IMG/VR virus record: IMGVR_UViG_3300032954_000013
Span: 1 to 60,827 of that record
DNA length: 60,827 nucleotides
From: a virus
Lineage: Duplodnaviria > Caudoviricetes
Direction: 5' to 3' (one strand)
Below, one piece after another: positions 1 through 8,082 of this stretch. Below the pieces are notes generated by a model. That model worked only from the letters and a program-made list of their open reading frames with translations. It had not been told where the DNA came from and did not search any database. The stretch's first letter is position 1. The number at the start of each line of letters is the position of its first letter. A program made the translations under genes and the position numbers.

Positions 1-127
1 CGGCGCTCGAATCCTGGCGTCCGAAACTCTACCGCCGCGGCATCAATCTGCTCTCGGTCTCGCAGGAAGGCTTGATCTCGAATGTTTTCGGAATCGCCGA
101 CAGAATCTGCCAGCACATCTACCGCAC
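1..127. repeat. Terminal 127-bp direct repeat (left copy); circular-assembly overlap
   Basis: Bases 1-127 are identical to 60701-60827 and an ORF reads in frame across the join. Confidence 0.95.
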
Positions 128-293
128 TTCACTCGACGATTTGCGCGACATGGTGGAAGCGGGAATGCCGCTCGTGGCCATCGAAGCGTTCACCGGAATC
201 AGGCAGGACGAACTTTCACGCGTGATCCCCAAGTTTTATGGGAAATCAATCAGGGAGTTGCGGGAAGAAGCGCAGGAGCGCGTCGGAGCGTGA
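72..293 (+). CDS. 3' part of an origin-spanning gene (starts about 60550); C-terminal HTH-like putative regulator
   Basis: In frame with GTG at 60550 across the overlap; LRDMVEAGMPLVAIEAFTGIRQDELSRVIPKFYGKSIRELR looks HTH-like. Confidence 0.55.
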   Translation: MISNVFGIADRICQHIYRTSLDDLRDMVEAGMPLVAIEAFTGIRQDELSRVIPKFYGKSIRELREEAQERVGA

Positions 294-294
294 T

Positions 295-711
295 ATGGTC
301 AATCCCAAGAGTCTCGCAAATCTGAAGCCCATCAAGCCGGGCGAGGTGCGGAACGCGACCGGCAAGAATCGCAAGCAACCCCTGAGCGATGCGTATCGCT
401 GGTGGTTGATGCAGCCCGTATCCAAAGAAGAGCGCGCGAAGCAGAAGAAAAATGGCATCGAACTGCCGCGAGACGCGAACAACGCATTTTTGGTGGCCAT
501 CACGCAAGGCGAGCGTGCGAAGAAAAAAACGGACGCCGCGAAGGAAATTCGCGAGGGTGCCGAGGGCAAGGCGACGCAGCGCGTCGAACTCAGCGGCATT
601 GAAGGCAATCCCCTTGAGACCGCCGACGTCTCAGCTTTGACCGACGAGCAGCTCGCCGAACGCCGCCGCAAGGTGATGGCCGTTGTGGATCGCGAAACGA
701 AAGATGCCTGA
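295..711 (+). CDS. Putative terminase small subunit
   Basis: N-terminal SLANLKPIKPGEVRNATGK and C-terminal EGKATQRVELSG..LTDEQL are typical of phage TerS/DUF5681-like proteins; first gene of the late arm. Confidence 0.7.
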   Translation: MVNPKSLANLKPIKPGEVRNATGKNRKQPLSDAYRWWLMQPVSKEERAKQKKNGIELPRDANNAFLVAITQGERAKKKTDAAKEIREGAEGKATQRVELSGIEGNPLETADVSALTDEQLAERRRKVMAVVDRETKDA

Positions 712-1315
712 TCTTCCGATCGTCGCCGCACTGCTAGTCACGAACCGCTCCGAGATGTTCGCAAATGCCTATCGGCAATACTCTCGTCAGGATTACGGCC
801 GCCTGCTTCTCGCAATCGACGACTCTCCGAATCTCACCCATGGCGCGAAGATGAATCGGCTGTTTCTGGACTGCACGCACGACTTCGCCGTCGTGTTCGA
901 CGATGATGACCTCTACGCCTCCGATCGCGTTTCAAAGCTCATTCGCCCGATGCTGGACAATCCGAAGATTGAATGCGTCGGCACGAGTCTCGTCTACTAC
1001 ACCGATGAAGCTGCAGGCAAAGCATGGCTGTATGACAATCAGAAGCTCTGCGAAAACTGGAAAGCAAACGCGAACCTCTTCTGGCTCGCCGCGCCAGCGT
1101 ACCGCATCGCTGCCTACGACAAGTATGGCCCGTGGGAAAATCTGAAAGCTGGAGCCGATTTGAAATTCCTGCACAAAATTCCGCGCGAGAATGTTCTCGA
1201 TCTTCGTGATCCTACGCTGATGGTCTGTCGGATTCATTCGGCGAATGCGGCGCCAAAGCAACCGCATCCGCCGGCGTGGACCGAGGTGCCGATGAGCGAA
1301 GTGCCGAAGCTATGA
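704..1315 (+). CDS. GT-A fold glycosyltransferase (GT2-like)
   Basis: Hydrophobic strand plus TNR, QDY, GAKMN, FDDDDLY DxD motif, GADLKF. Confidence 0.8.
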   Translation: MPDLPIVAALLVTNRSEMFANAYRQYSRQDYGRLLLAIDDSPNLTHGAKMNRLFLDCTHDFAVVFDDDDLYASDRVSKLIRPMLDNPKIECVGTSLVYYTDEAAGKAWLYDNQKLCENWKANANLFWLAAPAYRIAAYDKYGPWENLKAGADLKFLHKIPRENVLDLRDPTLMVCRIHSANAAPKQPHPPAWTEVPMSEVPKL

Positions 1316-1473
1316 GTCGCAACTTTGTTGTCCCGATGCCGCTGTTCTGGCTGACTGGCAACATCGCCTTCCAAGTTCAGGAAATCCGCAAGTTCTTCAC
1401 TTCCGAGAATCGCGAGAAGCGCAGAAAAGAAAATCAGCGTTGGAATATCAAAATCAAGGGCTATCGTGAGTAG
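1312..1473 (+). CDS. Small basic hypothetical protein
   Basis: ATGA overlap with upstream stop; overlaps next start. Confidence 0.45.
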   Translation: MSRNFVVPMPLFWLTGNIAFQVQEIRKFFTSENREKRRKENQRWNIKIKGYRE

Positions 1474-2161
1474 AACGGGTCTCATCGGCCTCGTGACTTG
1501 CGACAGAGACGCCTCGTGGCTCGCGGCCTGCCGTGACACTTGGCTCCGCGATGTGCCGCCCGACTTCGATGTAGTGATCGTGGACAAGAGCTTTATGCCG
1601 AAGGGCATGGAAGATCGCGTCGAGAATCTGCCGGCGAAAACGAAGGAGCTATGCGCCTATACGATCGAGAACTCCTATCGCTGGCTGCTCAAGGTGGACA
1701 ACGACTGCCTGTGCCGGCCGAAGCTCTTTCGGCCACCGTACGGCTACGATTATGCTGGCAGGCTTCGTGGTAGATCCAGTCCAGAGTATGTTCCAGAGGG
1801 CGTGTCCAATAAATGCGACTACGTGTCGGGAGGCGGATACTGGCTGAGTGCTAGGGCGATGCAGGTAATCGCACAGTCTCCACTGACGAAAGACATCGCA
1901 GAAGACCGCTGGGTCGCAAATACTCTTCACGGGTTTGGGATTCACGCCCATGGGTTGCCAGGTTTCATTGCCCCGACGCACGTGCCCGTAAGCAATTATT
2001 ACCGTGACCCGGGATGCGTCATCCTGATGCAAATGCAAGAACCCGATCAAATGCGGCGCGCCTATCGCGGAGAGTTCGACCCGCCACCGCCACCGACCGG
2101 ATCGCGGCCAGAACACTATCCGATGGGACATCCGCTCCGGGCGCAGATGGGGAAAATATGA
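1466..2161 (+). CDS. GT31/Fringe-like glycosyltransferase
   Basis: NLPAKT, LLKVDND DxD motif, YVSGGGYWLS, AEDRWV. Confidence 0.85.
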   Translation: MSRTGLIGLVTCDRDASWLAACRDTWLRDVPPDFDVVIVDKSFMPKGMEDRVENLPAKTKELCAYTIENSYRWLLKVDNDCLCRPKLFRPPYGYDYAGRLRGRSSPEYVPEGVSNKCDYVSGGGYWLSARAMQVIAQSPLTKDIAEDRWVANTLHGFGIHAHGLPGFIAPTHVPVSNYYRDPGCVILMQMQEPDQMRRAYRGEFDPPPPPTGSRPEHYPMGHPLRAQMGKI

Positions 2162-2391
2162 AGAGCCCGAAGCCGTCCTTTGAAGTCATAGTCGAGGCCC
2201 GTGCTGAGGCGCGAAGGATGTTCGCAGCGCTAAGAAAAGATCACGAAGGTGCGGATTTCGAGAAGATGCGATTGGCCCTCGTTAGGAGCCTATATAAAAG
2301 CGCACCGAGGACAAAAGGGAAAGCGATGAAGGAGAGAGTCGAACTGATCGCCTACGAACTCGATAAGATTGATGCACGGGACATAATATGA
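2158..2391 (+). CDS. Hypothetical protein
   Basis: ATGA-coupled to both neighbours. Confidence 0.55.
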   Translation: MKSPKPSFEVIVEARAEARRMFAALRKDHEGADFEKMRLALVRSLYKSAPRTKGKAMKERVELIAYELDKIDARDII

Positions 2392-3014
2392 AAATCCTCG
2401 CTGCGGTCGTGAGCTGTGCACAGCACCTAAATCGGAATACCGCCGTGCTGGAAACCTGGGGTCGCGAGAATAGACTTTTTTTCACAGCAAGCTTTGCTAA
2501 TCCTTCGCACAGAACGATTGAATATTCAATCAAACTGTTCACCGGCCGCGATCTGGAGGTTCCCGATGACTACGCGCATCTCCCGCAAAAAGTCAAAGCG
2601 GTCTGCGAGTACGCGAGCGACAACGAATTCGATTTCTTGTTCAAAGCCGACTCGGATACGTACTGTTTCGTTCAGCGTTTGCTTGACAGCGGATTCGAGT
2701 CCCACGACTATGTGGGATGGACTTCCGGCTTGGCTTCGATGCCGCCTTGTGATGAATATGCTTCGGGCGGCGCAGGCTACTGGCTCTCGCGCAAAGCCTT
2801 CTCGCTCGTCGCCAAAGCGCCGCTGACCGACGACACGTGCGAGGACCGATGGGTCGGCCGAGTGCTCTACGACGCGGGAATCCTCGTGCATCGGGACACG
2901 CGCTACGGCGTGCCGCAGAGCGGACGCAATCCGTTCACCGACAACGAACTGCTCACGTGGCACCCGTGCCCTCCGAAACGCATGTACGAGTTGAACGGTG
3001 TGTGGGGTGGCTAG
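2388..3014 (+). CDS. GT31/Fringe-like glycosyltransferase, paralog of 1466-2161
   Basis: ETWG, DDYAHLPQKV, FKADSDTY, YASGGAGYWLS, CEDRWVG. Confidence 0.85.
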   Translation: MKILAAVVSCAQHLNRNTAVLETWGRENRLFFTASFANPSHRTIEYSIKLFTGRDLEVPDDYAHLPQKVKAVCEYASDNEFDFLFKADSDTYCFVQRLLDSGFESHDYVGWTSGLASMPPCDEYASGGAGYWLSRKAFSLVAKAPLTDDTCEDRWVGRVLYDAGILVHRDTRYGVPQSGRNPFTDNELLTWHPCPPKRMYELNGVWGG

Positions 3015-4191
3015 ATCGTGGGACCTGTTTGGCACGCTCGCCGCTGGGCGCGACCCATTCAAGCGCGACGGCGACCAGGACCAGCACATCCCGATAGCCG
3101 AGAACATTCGGAACGTGCTGCCCGGAGACATAGTCATCAGCGATTTTTACGATGCGCCGAAGGCCGAAAGAATCCTTCGCGAGGTCTGCGGACTCCACAA
3201 TGAGCTGCACGTCAGCCACGACGACAAGGCCACCGGCAAGATTTGGCAGCAGCTCGAGCGCCAGGCGCGCGTGCCGCGGATGCACACCGGCGACGATGAG
3301 ATCACGGACTACCACTCGCCGCGGTCGCACGGAATCCCGGCCACGCTGACCATGCTTGCGAAGCGCACCGAGTGGGAGCAGCGGATACACGAACTCGGCC
3401 TGCCGCAACTCTCGGCCATCGTGCGCGAGGCGCGGCTGAGGACGTTCAACCCGGAACCCACGATGAGGCGCCTTGAGCTATTCCAGATCGAGGCCAACTT
3501 CCCGTTCCTCTATGTGGCATCGCTGTGGTTCAACCACAAGCTGCGCGCCGGCGGATACACCAAGTTCCTCATGTCGGCGCGCGATTGCTTCCTGTGGAAG
3601 AAGATCATGGAACGGCTGGCCGGCGACGCCTACGAGCCGTTCTACTGGCTGACCTCGCGGTACACGCGCTACAAGCCGTCGAAGTCCTATCTGGACTACT
3701 GCGAGCCGCTCATGGGCCCAAAGACCCTGATCACTGACTTCTGCGGCTTCGGCCGGTCGCTGATGCACTTCCTGATCGCCAACAAGACTCATGCGAGGGT
3801 GTGCCTGCTGATCGGCTACGGACACGAGGACTATCCGTGCTTCGTCGAGCACGCCGTGCCGGGATGGACCGATGAGGCAGCGAATTTCGCCCGGCACCCG
3901 ATGGTGCTGGACGTGGTCGGGAGCAGACCCGTGTTCTGGCAGGACGGCATCGACTGGCAGGCGGTGCCAGAAATCAATACGATGCACGCGGCTTTCGATG
4001 TATGCTGCGCGGCAATGGACCAGCACGTCATCGCCTCGCCGGACTTCGCCACGCTGACGGACCTGCTGCCCAAGATGCTCGAATACATGGGCACGCGGCT
4101 GAAGGCGCTGGAGGTGCTCACGCCGTTCCGCAGAGACGAAGCCATCCGCGCGGCCGAGCTGATGAAGGACATCGAGGGAGTGATCGCATGA
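2998..4191 (+). CDS. HAD-superfamily hydrolase-like protein of the type found in polysaccharide loci
   Basis: WDLFGTL motif I, HTGDD motif IV, second domain with SARDC and TSR; GTG at 3007 is a likely start. Confidence 0.7.
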   Translation: MCGVARSWDLFGTLAAGRDPFKRDGDQDQHIPIAENIRNVLPGDIVISDFYDAPKAERILREVCGLHNELHVSHDDKATGKIWQQLERQARVPRMHTGDDEITDYHSPRSHGIPATLTMLAKRTEWEQRIHELGLPQLSAIVREARLRTFNPEPTMRRLELFQIEANFPFLYVASLWFNHKLRAGGYTKFLMSARDCFLWKKIMERLAGDAYEPFYWLTSRYTRYKPSKSYLDYCEPLMGPKTLITDFCGFGRSLMHFLIANKTHARVCLLIGYGHEDYPCFVEHAVPGWTDEAANFARHPMVLDVVGSRPVFWQDGIDWQAVPEINTMHAAFDVCCAAMDQHVIASPDFATLTDLLPKMLEYMGTRLKALEVLTPFRRDEAIRAAELMKDIEGVIA

Positions 4192-4244
4192 GAATTGACA
4201 AAGACCTACAGGTAGGCTGCAAGATGCCAAGGAGAGGATTCTAG

Positions 4245-4445
4245 ATGTGGAAACTCAAGAAACGCAATCTCGTGTGGGCGATCATAAAATCTATATTTGA
4301 TCCCAAAACTCGTCGGGCAATACGTGTCTTAGACCATGCATGGCTGTATGCATATCGTCATGGGCATTGGGGGGATGAGGCTCAAATAGAAGCACTTGAT
4401 ATTTTATTGAGAAAAAAAAAGTATTTAGAATGTCCTTGGTTGTGA
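4245..4445 (+). CDS. Small hypothetical protein in an AT-rich patch
   Basis: GGAG/GAGG RBS upstream; visibly more AT-rich than flanks. Confidence 0.5.
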   Translation: MWKLKKRNLVWAIIKSIFDPKTRRAIRVLDHAWLYAYRHGHWGDEAQIEALDILLRKKKYLECPWL

Positions 4446-4467
4446 GGCCACATCCCCGGTGTTTCGC

Positions 4468-5031
4468 ATGACGGCTACACCGCAGCAAATCTACGACATC
4501 TACCGCAAAGACCAGAATCAGGACATGTACGACTACAGCCCGTTCCTGCGCAAGAACGCGCGCGGCACGATTCTGGAGATCGGCGTCCGCGGCGGCGTCT
4601 CGACAGCGGCTTTCCTTCTTGGCCTCGAAGAGAACGGCGGCCATCTCTTCAGCGTGGACATAAATGCCGAGTGCGGCCAGCTCTACGACCATCCGCAATG
4701 GACCTTCATCCACGCGAACTCGTTGACGGACAAAGACAGGATAGGGATGGAGGTGAATCGGCGGCCCGACATCCTGTTCATCGACGGCGACCACCGCAAA
4801 GCCTCGTTCCTCTCGGACCTGAACAACTACGCGCCGATGGTGCGCAAGGGCGGTCTGATTCTTGTGCACGACATCATCGCCCTTCCAGAAGTGACCCAAG
4901 AACTCGTTGACAACGAGTGGTGGGCGAACGATGATGTGCGGCAGGTCTACGAAGCCTACGCCGCAGATCACGCGCTGACGCGCATCGACCTGCCCGGCAG
5001 ATGCGGAATGGGGATACTGATAGCCCGATGA
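4468..5031 (+). CDS. Class I SAM-dependent methyltransferase (Methyltransf_24-like)
   Basis: ILEIGVRGGVST motif I, LFSVD, DILFIDGDH, GGLILVHD. Confidence 0.9.
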   Translation: MTATPQQIYDIYRKDQNQDMYDYSPFLRKNARGTILEIGVRGGVSTAAFLLGLEENGGHLFSVDINAECGQLYDHPQWTFIHANSLTDKDRIGMEVNRRPDILFIDGDHRKASFLSDLNNYAPMVRKGGLILVHDIIALPEVTQELVDNEWWANDDVRQVYEAYAADHALTRIDLPGRCGMGILIAR

Positions 5032-5153
5032 AGGAGCGGAAAATGAGAAAACGGGGAATCTTGGTACTGATCGCGGTCGGCGTGGCTGTGGCGTGCTCGT
5101 GCTGTATCTATCTGGTGCTGTACCTCGCAGGGCACTTCTGGTGGCCGCAATGA
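5028..5153 (+). CDS. Small single-pass membrane protein
   Basis: Manual translation MKERKMRKRGILVLIAVGVAVACSCCIYLVLYLAGHFWWPQ; ATGA-coupled at both ends. Confidence 0.55.
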   Translation: MKERKMRKRGILVLIAVGVAVACSCCIYLVLYLAGHFWWPQ

Positions 5154-5920
5154 GTTCTCTTTCCGACGTGACGATCTTGGTGACCAGCTTTTTGCGACAT
5201 GGCTACCTGTTGAAGTGTCTCGAAGGACTTGCCGCGAATTTACCGGAGTGTAAAGTCGTCATCGTTGATGACAGTAACGACGCCAAGATTGGCGGATTGC
5301 TCTGTAACCATGGGCCGCAAATGGCGCACTTGGATTGGAAGATCATTCTTATGTACTTCGATTCTGGCCTTTCTATGAAGCGCAACGTCGGAGTGCAGGT
5401 GTGCCGCACAAAGTACCTCTTGTTGGGGGCCGACGATTTCGACTTCTCTACCAAAGAGGCGCGAGAAGGAATCGAGGTGATGCTGGCAACACTCGACCGC
5501 CTGAAGGGAATCGACATCGCAGGAGGGCGCGTGGACTCGCGTCCATACGAGGGCTTTCTCGATTACGTTCCCGGCTCTCACATCCAAGAGATTCGGCTGC
5601 AAACTGACGGGATGCGCAAAGGCGATGTCGCTCTCTGCGACCTGACCGTCAATTATTTTCTGGCGAGAACGCAAGTATTGAAGGCCATTCCTTGGGACGA
5701 GAATATTCGACCCATCGGCGGTGAACACGGAGATTGGTTTTTGACAGTAAAAGAGACAGGTCGCAAGGTCGCATACATTCACGGAGCCAACATCACGACG
5801 CTACATCTCGGCCCTGAAGCGCAGCATCCCGACTACGCGAAATACCGCTCGCGCGCGGTGACTCACGGGCATAGAATCTTCATGGAAAAGCGCAACATCC
5901 GCGAATATCTGGGGTTCTGA
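5150..5920 (+). CDS. GT2-like glycosyltransferase
   Basis: VTILVTSFLR, VVIVDDS, GLSMKRN, LLGADDF, GGEHGDWF. Confidence 0.85.
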   Translation: MSSLSDVTILVTSFLRHGYLLKCLEGLAANLPECKVVIVDDSNDAKIGGLLCNHGPQMAHLDWKIILMYFDSGLSMKRNVGVQVCRTKYLLLGADDFDFSTKEAREGIEVMLATLDRLKGIDIAGGRVDSRPYEGFLDYVPGSHIQEIRLQTDGMRKGDVALCDLTVNYFLARTQVLKAIPWDENIRPIGGEHGDWFLTVKETGRKVAYIHGANITTLHLGPEAQHPDYAKYRSRAVTHGHRIFMEKRNIREYLGF

Positions 5921-5922
5921 AT

Positions 5923-7695
5923 GTGTCGGCTGCCCATCAACTCGAACTCGATAAAATCCTCGAAGAACAGTACCGCCGCAAGCTGCAAGCAAACTTCGGC
6001 GTCTTCGTAAGGCAAGCCTGGCAAGTCCTGCATCCATTCGAGCCGCTGCACGATGGATGGTACATTGACGCTCTCGCCGAATGGGCGCAGGCGACAGCCT
6101 CCGGTAAGATCACCCGCCTAATCGTCAACCAGCCGCCGCGCACGCTCAAATCCACGATTTTTACGGTGATGTTTCCCTGCTGGATGTGGACGACGCAGCC
6201 AGAGAAAAAGTTCATTTTCTATTCATGGTCATTCGACAAGTTGAGCGTTCCGCTCTCGGTTGACCGGCGGCATTTGATCCTGAGCCAGTGGTATCAGGAT
6301 CTGTGGGGCCACAAATTCCGCCTATCCTACGACGAGAACATGAAATGGATGTTCTCCAATGACCAAACCGGGAGAATGACGGTGCTCACCGGCGCGACGG
6401 GCATCGGCGGAAACTTCCTCATCATCGACGACCCGCACAATACCGAACAGGCGGAATCGGAAGCCGAACGCACGAGCTGCGTACGGATGGTGCGCCAGGG
6501 GCTGATGACGCGCCTCGACAATCCGCAATCTGATTCCGTGATCGTGGTGATGCAGCGGCTGCACGACGAGGATGTGGCTGGAGCATTCCTGAAAGATGGC
6601 GGCTGGAAACACCTCTGCCTGCCAGCGAAGGCCGAACACGAACATCAAGTTACGTCTCCGCGCACGGGAAGACTGATCCATCAGCGGCTGGTCGGCGACC
6701 ACTTGGACCCGGTGCGACTCTCAGACGAAGTTCTGGCGCAGAAGAAAGTGGAACTCGGCTCCAAGGGATTTGCCGGGCAGTATCAGCAAGAGCCCGCTCC
6801 GCCCAGCGGCAACATCTTTGACCCGGCATGGTGGAAGATGTACGACCCAAATAAAATGCCGATATTTGAGGAATGCGTCGTTACGGTCGATGCGGCGTTC
6901 AAGGAGACGAAAAACAGCAGCGATGTCGCAATTCAGAAATGGGGCAATATCGGAGTTCATTCCTACCTGATCAACCGCGACACGCGCAAGATGGGATTCG
7001 CGGCGACCAAGGCGGCCATTCGCGCGATGATGAACTGCGAGCCAAAGGCCGAAATACTGCTGATCGAGGATAAGGCCAACGGGCCAGCGATCATTGAGGA
7101 ATTGCAGACCGAATTCTTCGTCATTCCGATCAATCCGGGCGACAAGGACAAAGTGGCGCGCGCCGAGGCGTGTTCACCGATGGTCGAAGCTGGAACTGCG
7201 CACTTGCCACAGAATGCGGATGGGGTCAAAATCCAGACGCTCGCTGCGAAGTTCCCCAACTCGGACAAAGACGATGTAGACGCCATGACCCAATACCTCA
7301 ACTGGCGCCGGAAGCGCGGGGCCGCGATGAAATGGTTTGAGGACATGGCGAAGCGATCAAAAGAAAAGCAGGCAGAAGGTCCGGAGGAGCCGGGAGTCGA
7401 AGTTCAGCGGATCGACCATCCGACGCCACAGGAGGTTCACAGACTCGCCATGGAACAATCTGGAATGAAAACCACGAAGCATCGCGGTCTCAACAAGCCC
7501 GCGAAAGCGGCAGAACTCAAAAAAGAAGACTCCAATGGAAGTGTCACGGCTGCGGCAAGCCCAACTGCGCCGCCAGACTGCTGTCCCGATTGCAACTCGA
7601 CGGCCATTTTCAAGTCGGCCAAGGGCCGGAAATGCCTGAATCCGCAATGCGGCAAGGTGTTCCCGAATCCGACTCGGGAAGTAAATATCGGCTAG
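5923..7695 (+). CDS. terL: Terminase large subunit with C-terminal extension
   Basis: Walker A-like NQPPRTLKS, Walker B IIDDPH, MQRLH, YQQEP, nuclease motifs IEDKANG and DDVDAMTQ. Confidence 0.95.
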   Translation: MSAAHQLELDKILEEQYRRKLQANFGVFVRQAWQVLHPFEPLHDGWYIDALAEWAQATASGKITRLIVNQPPRTLKSTIFTVMFPCWMWTTQPEKKFIFYSWSFDKLSVPLSVDRRHLILSQWYQDLWGHKFRLSYDENMKWMFSNDQTGRMTVLTGATGIGGNFLIIDDPHNTEQAESEAERTSCVRMVRQGLMTRLDNPQSDSVIVVMQRLHDEDVAGAFLKDGGWKHLCLPAKAEHEHQVTSPRTGRLIHQRLVGDHLDPVRLSDEVLAQKKVELGSKGFAGQYQQEPAPPSGNIFDPAWWKMYDPNKMPIFEECVVTVDAAFKETKNSSDVAIQKWGNIGVHSYLINRDTRKMGFAATKAAIRAMMNCEPKAEILLIEDKANGPAIIEELQTEFFVIPINPGDKDKVARAEACSPMVEAGTAHLPQNADGVKIQTLAAKFPNSDKDDVDAMTQYLNWRRKRGAAMKWFEDMAKRSKEKQAEGPEEPGVEVQRIDHPTPQEVHRLAMEQSGMKTTKHRGLNKPAKAAELKKEDSNGSVTAAASPTAPPDCCPDCNSTAIFKSAKGRKCLNPQCGKVFPNPTREVNIG

Positions 7696-7709
7696 ATATA
7701 GAAACGCTT
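7694..7709 (+). promoter_or_regulatory. Conserved late motif AGATATAGAAACGCTT (copy 1)
   Basis: One of five near-identical copies; followed by GAGG and GTG start at 7723. Confidence 0.8.
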
Positions 7710-7722
7710 ACGAGGTTCCTGC

Positions 7723-8082
7723 GTGCGTGGCTGGCTCGAGAAACTCCGCCTCCGACTTCTCCATTCGATAGCGAAAGCAATCGAAATACAGCCGTTTTTA
7801 CGGATTGATGTCAACGCTTATTGCCCGAACTGCGGCCATCGCCAGGGAAAAATTCAGGCCATAGCGCTGAGCCGGCCCGACGAGCAAGGATCGAAAGTAG
7901 CGAACCAGCATACTTGCGCGATCTGTTCCTACAGGTGGGTCGAGGCATCGGTCTCGATCATCAAACACCACATTCTCGAGCAGCAATTTGATGACGAGCA
8001 GGCCGCCGTCGAAGAAATGAAGAACGACAAGCGGACGAAAAATATCCGTGCCCAGGTGAAGGTCAATGGCGTGGTTTCGTAA
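7723..8082 (+). CDS. Zn-ribbon hypothetical protein
   Basis: CPNC and CAIC pairs; between terL and portal. Confidence 0.7.
   Translation: MRGWLEKLRLRLLHSIAKAIEIQPFLRIDVNAYCPNCGHRQGKIQAIALSRPDEQGSKVANQHTCAICSYRWVEASVSIIKHHILEQQFDDEQAAVEEMKNDKRTKNIRAQVKVNGVVS

Noticed and set aside
1-127. Biological direct terminal repeat
   Set aside because: 127 bp matches a common assembler k-mer overlap and falls mid-gene; it indicates circularity, not physical ends
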